A DNA stretch of 64,000 bases from Eledone cirrhosa (taxonomy: Eukaryota), in the NCBI GenBank assembly GCA_964016885.1, contig OZ024740.1, forward strand, positions 355,322,001-355,386,000, written 5' to 3'. Every line of letters starts with the position of its first letter. The first letter of the stretch is position 1. Position numbers and translations under genes: made by a program. This document shows, one piece after another, positions 57,609 to 64,000 of this stretch. The notes beneath the pieces were generated by a model. It did not search any database, was not told where the DNA came from, and worked only from the letters and a program-made list of their open reading frames with translations.

Positions 57609-59120
57609 TCTTTATATAAAAATCTCTTTTTATCCTTATCGCAAGTCTATATTTCAAATAGAACCTGTCTCTCCCCAACATCTTTGTAAATGCATGCATG
57701 GTCGTGTAACTCCCAAGGGAATCATAGAGGTGCCATATTGACATTCAGCATTTCTAAGGCATTTTTTAAAACCTGGCAGAGCCAATTCCTCTCCAGGCTT
57801 GAACACAGCAGATTTCGTCCAGAGAAGGATAGAGAGAGTGAGAGAATGAAAGTGAGAAAGAGATATTGAGGAAGAACCGACTCCAGTACTAGACTGGTAC
57901 TTTATTTTATTGACCTTGAAAAGATGAGAGGTAATGTTGACCTCATCAACATTTGAACTTGGAAGCAACTACAGCATACTAATAATAATAATAATAATGG
58001 CTTCTGATTTAGGCACAAGGCCAGCAATTTTTAGGAGGAGAGGAAAGTCGATTAAATTGACTCCAGTGCATTATTAGTGCTTTGACCTCATAAGGATTAA
58101 AAGCAAAGCTAACCTCAGCAGTATTTTAACTCAGAATGTAAAATGTCCAATGCTCTACCGTTACTACCAATACACCACTCAATCAAAGTTATAATAGAAA
58201 TGAAATAAGTGATAGTAAAAACATTTTAAATATATAGATTAAACTAAGCTGGTGTTAATACGGAATACTGAGGTAGATAAAAAATGCAGGGTAAAACTAT
58301 GGTAATAAAGTAAATGGTATAGCTAAGGATAGTAGTCATCCCAGTCTAAAAGACTACAAAAATAGTTTATCACTATAAACAATAGTTAAGAAAATCGGAG
58401 ATGGAAAAAGTGGACAGAGACGCTAGTGAGAAATCAAGCCCAGCATCTCTTAGATGCCAAGCATGTGCATTAATCATTACACTAAGCTATCTTTCAGAAG
58501 ATTTTAATCCTGTAGCTAGAAGTGTGAACATCCAGTTAACTTAAGAATCATTGAGAATTGAGACATAGTCGTCATAGTGTAAATGATTATAACAAGAGTT
58601 TCTTGATTTTCTCAACTATCATTTATAGAGGCTGACTAATATTATAGTTGGTATGTCTATATTTCATATAAGGTTGGTAGTTAGAATAGGGAATGTCAAT
58701 AGCTGAAGCTTACAGTGGAGCATGATATATTTATATGATAGATGTGGGATAATTGATAAAAAGGAACTGGCTTAAAAGATGTTTTGTGGATATTATTGTG
58801 TGTAGAAAAGGCAGTGGATGATGCAAATCTTGAAGCTGGAGGGCGAATAGACATGTGTATATAGAGAGGTATGGCTGCATTTGGTACAAAATGTGGGATC
58901 ATATCGAGGGAAAGTATAGACTTGAATTATTTGTAAGTTTTATGGATTTTGTAGTTGCAAGAAAACAATATTTTGGATTGTTCGTTGACTATTAGCTCCT
59001 TGACAAATCAAATTCTAAATGTTTCTGCCAAACAAAGTCTCTCTCTGCCTATCCTATTCCTGGTGGAGACTTAGTTCTAGTGAGGGCATTTCGGATTAGG
59101 TAACGTGATATATCTTTATT

Positions 59121-59290
59121 AGGATTAGCAGTATCGGTAATATGCTTTCCAGCATAGTTACGTCTCTTTACGGTCTGAGTTCAAATCCCGTCGAGGTTAA
59201 CTTTGCCTTTCATCCTTACGGGGTCGATAAAATAAAGTACCAGTAATACACTGGGTAATTGCTGGCCTTGTGCCAAAAGTAGAAACAATT
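59121..59290 (+). mobile_element. tRNA-derived SINE, same family as 28459-28640
   Basis: B-box GAGTTCAAATCC and the shared core and tail. Confidence 0.8.
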
Positions 59291-60519
59291 ATTAAGGTCC
59301 CAAGACTCTGCTGAGAGATAAATCACTTCTAGTATTATTTCTAAAAGAAAAGATATACTGGTTGTACCTGGTTTTGAAGGAGTTAGTGTTGAAGCTGATA
59401 TATATTTTTGAAGAGTTGGCCATGTTGGTAAACTATTTCTTTGGTAGAGCAATTAATATTTAAAGAGCACGTGGGTTTAGTGTAATTGCAGTCGATGAGA
59501 GGGCTAGAGTTAGAATGATATTGTTAAATTTAGAGGTTTGAGGGGGCAATATAATTGTTAAGATTGACAGTAGTTCACTATAAAATACTTACATTAATAT
59601 TATTGAATATTTCATAACATATATGTTGGGTTTGGAAATATTTTCTTGAAACTGCAATATTTTAAGGTTTTCTTGTGGTAAACCAAACAGTCCTTAAATA
59701 TTTACTAATTATCAGAAAGGTTGATTAATCTAAGGGATAAAGTCTTACTTAGCTTATTTTGGGTAATTTAACTTCATATGTATATAATGTAGTGCCTCAT
59801 TTAACTTGCAGAAAGTACAGTCGAAAGACTTTGGAGAGAATAATGGTGTAGAAAAATGTTGACAAATTTCCGTTTGGTTTCTATTTTTTCTAATTCTATT
59901 TTTCCTAATTATATTAGTAAAGCTAGAGCTCTCATCCACCCTCTTATTCTTTTCAAAAGCTTTCTTTCATTCTCCTTCCCTTCATCTTTCCTCTTTTTCT
60001 TCTTCCCTTCTATATTTTCACAGCCTTCATAGTATGTATGTATGTATGTTCTTCTGATTTTATTATTTTATAAATAAATAAATAAAATAATAAATAAATG
60101 AATTATTATTTTATAAATATTCACTAACAGAAAGAGAGAGAGAGACAGTTTCTAATATAGAAAGAAGACTCATTGGAATTTAGACGTCAACTAGCTAATT
60201 GCGTATATATGTCTGTGTGCGTGTATGTGTGTGCGTGTGTGTGTGCGTATATGTGTGCAGTTGTGTATGTGTGTGCGGGTATAGATTTTATTGCATGCAT
60301 GGATCTGCATGTTTTGAAATTATATATGTACATAGGCATATGTTTCTGTATCTACACATATGTAGATGCAGTTATTACATGCTGAATTTCTGAAATATTT
60401 TACACACACACAAACATATATACATATTTACCTAGTTGATGTTGTCTAAATTCCAATGAAAGAGTCCTCTTTCTTGAAATACAAGTGATCAAAATGGGGT
60501 TCCTCCAAAGGGTCTTTAG

Positions 60520-60830
60520 AGTAATGTTACTCGATAGAGTGCATAGCTCGGAAATCAGAGAGTTGCTTCAATTGAGAGATCACAGCTCCAATATTACAGT
60601 CATGTCATTAGAATGTCTCAGGAAAGGATTGCTTGACAGATTTTATGGACAAAACTAACTGGCAGGAGACCCAGACATAGATCTGAGCAAGATGGTTGGA
60701 TAACATCCATTAGCTTGGCTGGTCATGCTTGGAGATCCAGCAAGATCAATGATGGTTGCTTCTGACAGGAATTGCAAGACAAAATGTTTGAGGATTCTGC
60801 CCCCATGACCCTCTCAGGTGAAGAAGAATA
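60520..60830 (+). mobile_element. Decayed RTE 3' fragment
   Basis: DRVHSSEIRE..IERSQL...HVIRMSQER...GRRPR remnants. Confidence 0.6.
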
Positions 60831-62877
60831 GAAACTCTATTGGTGAAAATTTATAAAATAATAAAACCAGAAGAACATACATACATAATGGCTGCAAACT
60901 CTGCTAAGAGTATTGCAATTGCTTGTCAGATTACAGAAAATGGTGCACTTTTAGGCTACAACCAGCCATGTGAAGCTGTAACAGATCTTGAACAAACAAT
61001 GCCTTGCACTCGACCAATCCCACTCTCTGAGTATTGAAAACACTACCCAAAAAGGAGAACTGGTCAACATCATCGGATACTTCCAAAACTGCAGGGTTTT
61101 TTTTTCAGTTTCCCTTTCTTAGAAAGGTGTTGTGATAACAACTGGGGGCCTTTCACTCCCGGGTAAAAAAAAAAAAAAAAAAATTTAGATGGCAGTTGAC
61201 TCTGCCGAGTTTCTCTGCCCTTTGCCGGGTCTTGTATTTCATCCCACAGGGTGCCCAAATATCATCCTCCTCACCAAGCAAGCTTGGTGGCATTTCCGGT
61301 TTAGTCACCGACGACCTGACCATGAGACAGGTTGTACTGGGTTACATGTTGCCAGTAGCACTTGAGAGCAACCTGACTTACCTACATACATACATAGTGT
61401 TCCAACTCCTGCATGGCATCAGAGCTGGATTAACTGTTATGCAAAAGAACTTATGCATAGGGCATTAAGTGAAAAGCAGAACCATAGAGATTGTTCAGCT
61501 ACCAGAATTACCACAGTGCAAATAATGAATTATAATGCTTTTCTATTTTAATTAATAAAATAGTGTGTGCGTGCACGTGTTCTTCTGGTTTTATAATTTT
61601 ATAAATTTGTAAAGTGGTTGTGTAGGTGTCACAACAAAAAAGCACCCAGTCCACACTATAAATGAGGTTGGTGTTAGGAAGGGCATCCAGCTGTAGAAAT
61701 CAAGCCAAAATCAGTTCTGTATGAGTAAGACAGGGTCACCTGACCTGGCATTACCCACAACAGGACAACCTGTCTAACCCATGCTAGCGTGGAAGAATGG
61801 ACATAAAACGGTGATGATGAGAGAGAGAGTTGGTTTCTAACATAGACACAAGACTGTATGAATGTAGGTAGGTAGATAGGTATGTACAGATACATGTATA
61901 ACTACTTGTAACTACAATGGAACAATTTTATTAATCTTTATATATATATATATGCTATGTGACCAGGGCATATCATCGAATGGAAACTGCATGAGTCATT
62001 TTTATTGTTGTTCATGTTATTTTATTCATGTAATTTGTATGATGACTGTTACATAACAGTTATCATTGAAATACTTATAATAACAATTGTGTAACATATA
62101 AATGAGGTAAATTCTAACCTACTGATTTCTACTTCATTGTTATACCAATATTCCAATGTACACAGACCTACATGTATACTTTGTCACGTGCTTTATCCTG
62201 CATAAACTAGTGTCAGTTGATTAACTAACACAAAATATACCAAATATACCAAGTCTATTTGCAAGCAGGGAAAAGCAGACGTAAAATGATGATGATGATG
62301 ATATATATATATATATATATATAATTCCATATATATATATATATATATATATAATTCCAGATACAAGTAGGAGTACATCAGGGTTCGGTCCTCAGCCCGC
62401 TCTTGTTCATTATAGTCCTCCAAGCCATAACAGAGGAGTTTATGTGTGCAATGTCAATGTGCATATATATATATATATATATATATAATCAAGGTTTAGC
62501 AAATAAGAAATTTCAAATTACGAACTGGCGTTATTCAAAATTGTTCCCGAGATGAGAATAAATGAAGTGGAAGTGATTCCTTCAAGTGCCGTGTGTAAAG
62601 ATAGAAGCAAAGGCAGGGAGGTCAGTCTACTACCACTATAACTAGCAGCAGTCAGAACGACCAAATTTTTTTCTCGACCAAGAGGAGAATAATAATAAAG
62701 TATATATCCCTACACGCACAAAGCGCTTAGGGACACATGTATTGTCCAACCATATGCCAATGTGGTTCAATGGCTAGTTAATAAATTAACGAGCCAGAAA
62801 ATATATAATCAAGGTTTAGCAAATAAGAAAAAGTTTCAAAATAAATTTTTTTAAATTAACTTTACTCACTATGGTTA

Positions 62878-62961
62878 CCTTTACCGAATCGGTTTCGAGT
62901 CTCAAAAATAAATGGACAGTCCTTACGGCATCCATTGCAAAGATAAACTCTCATCAGAAGG
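62878..62961 (-). ncRNA. Type I hammerhead ribozyme, canonical core with stable stem III
   Basis: CCTT-CTGATGA-GAGTTT...AATGGA...TCCATT...AGACTC-GAAA-CCGA t TCGG-TA-AAGG; GUA triplet. Confidence 0.85.
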
Positions 62962-63163
62962 ATCTTTTCACTCGGAGAATATAAAATTCCCGAGTTCAAA
63001 TTACAAACTGACGTTATTCAAAATTGTTCCCGATACTTAGGGTAAACATTGATGCAATTCAATTCAAGCACTCAACGTACTTATTCCACATAGGAGTGAT
63101 GGAGTAAATATTGAATAAGGAAAAGCGAAGTAGTTTCAGATGTTCAAGTCTTTTAATAATAAT

Positions 63164-63237
63164 GCTGTGATATATATTTCAATGGCGACAGTGGCCAGAC
63201 TGTTCTGTGCGCCAGCTTCGCGACATCGTCAGACAGC
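63164..63237 (-). ncRNA. Type I hammerhead ribozyme at the end of the 63164-63766 repeat
   Basis: GCTGT-CTGACGA-[imperfect long stem II]-GAAA-TATATA-TC-ACAGC. Confidence 0.65.
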
Positions 63238-63766
63238 TTGTTACATAATAAGGTTATGTTTTCGAGGCAATCCAAATTGAATCGACATGGGAACGGACGA
63301 AGTATGTGCCTTTGGGTTCTTCATCCGTTCCCCTGTGAGTACCAATTCACCCCAACCGGTCTGCGCAGGCACAAGTCCAGGGGGAAGTTGACCATTAGCT
63401 ACCGCAGATTTCATCGAAATTCGCTTAGTCAGTTCCCCCTCTCAGCCAGACAATGACCCATTCAAGCCTGCACCATAGTTTACTACTACTTACCCTGTCT
63501 GTGACAGTCAGCCGAAAGCCAGTGAGGATGGGAGAGTGTTAGTATTTACAGGTCTCTTTACTACCTCGCACTAAGCATGGACAGTATAAATGACCATCAA
63601 CCCCTAAGAGGATATATTTAATTCTATGTATCATAGTTTCATATTGGAAGTTATAAGTGAAATTAGAACTAAAAATTACAATTTAAAATCGAAAATCCTA
63701 AATCAAGTATCAGAAATTAGAAATTACAAAATTAACAATTAGAAATTAAACAATTAAAAATTTTTC
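63164..63766 (-). repeat. Second copy of the 820-1370 repeat (PLE pLTR-like)
   Basis: Shares the spurious ORF LHNKVMF.RQSKLNRHGNGRS and the hairpin GGGAACGGAcGAAG...CTTCaTCCGTTCCC. Confidence 0.75.
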
Positions 63767-64000
63767 ACGTGAGAATCCGGATTGAGGTGAGTCAAAAAAT
63801 TATAGATTGAAGTGAGTAAATAATATGCAGAGAGTTGTTTAAGTAAGAAGTTCTGAAAGGGGTCCTAATGTTACAGTTACACTGTCTACATACGGAACGA
63901 TGGTGCCGTACAGTAGAACTGAGGGTAGTAGCTAATCGAGTACATAGTCATAATTTCCATCAGATGGAACAAAACCAACAAAAACATATATAAAGTACAC

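Overview
AT-rich, repeat-dense animal genomic DNA, not prokaryotic. The SINE/RTE families and long (TA)n tracts suggest a cephalopod mollusc such as Octopus (inference). Most ORF-track entries are microsatellite artefacts. Bases ~1-43,000 are a mosaic of (TA)n tracts holding decayed retroelements: at least five Penelope-like element (PLE) pieces with RT and/or GIY-YIG domains, three RTE LINE pieces, a Tx1/L1 LINE, Helitron-type inserts, a hAT remnant and many fold-back palindromes. Bases ~43,000-64,000 hold a hAT/Charlie element with both termini and an 8-bp TSD, an Academ-like remnant, and the first three coding exons of a Cys-loop ligand-gated ion channel gene (+ strand). The main hidden signal is RNA structure. 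About 18 type I hammerhead ribozyme motifs from ~10 unrelated families can be folded by eye, including U3:A8 and position-4 core variants. Three of them lie in a non-coding 466-bp tandem array with one hammerhead per unit. A diverged inverted copy of that unit shows compensatory base changes, making it a retrozyme/circRNA-like candidate. All calls come from manual reading and folding; no database searches were run, and repeat boundaries are approximate.
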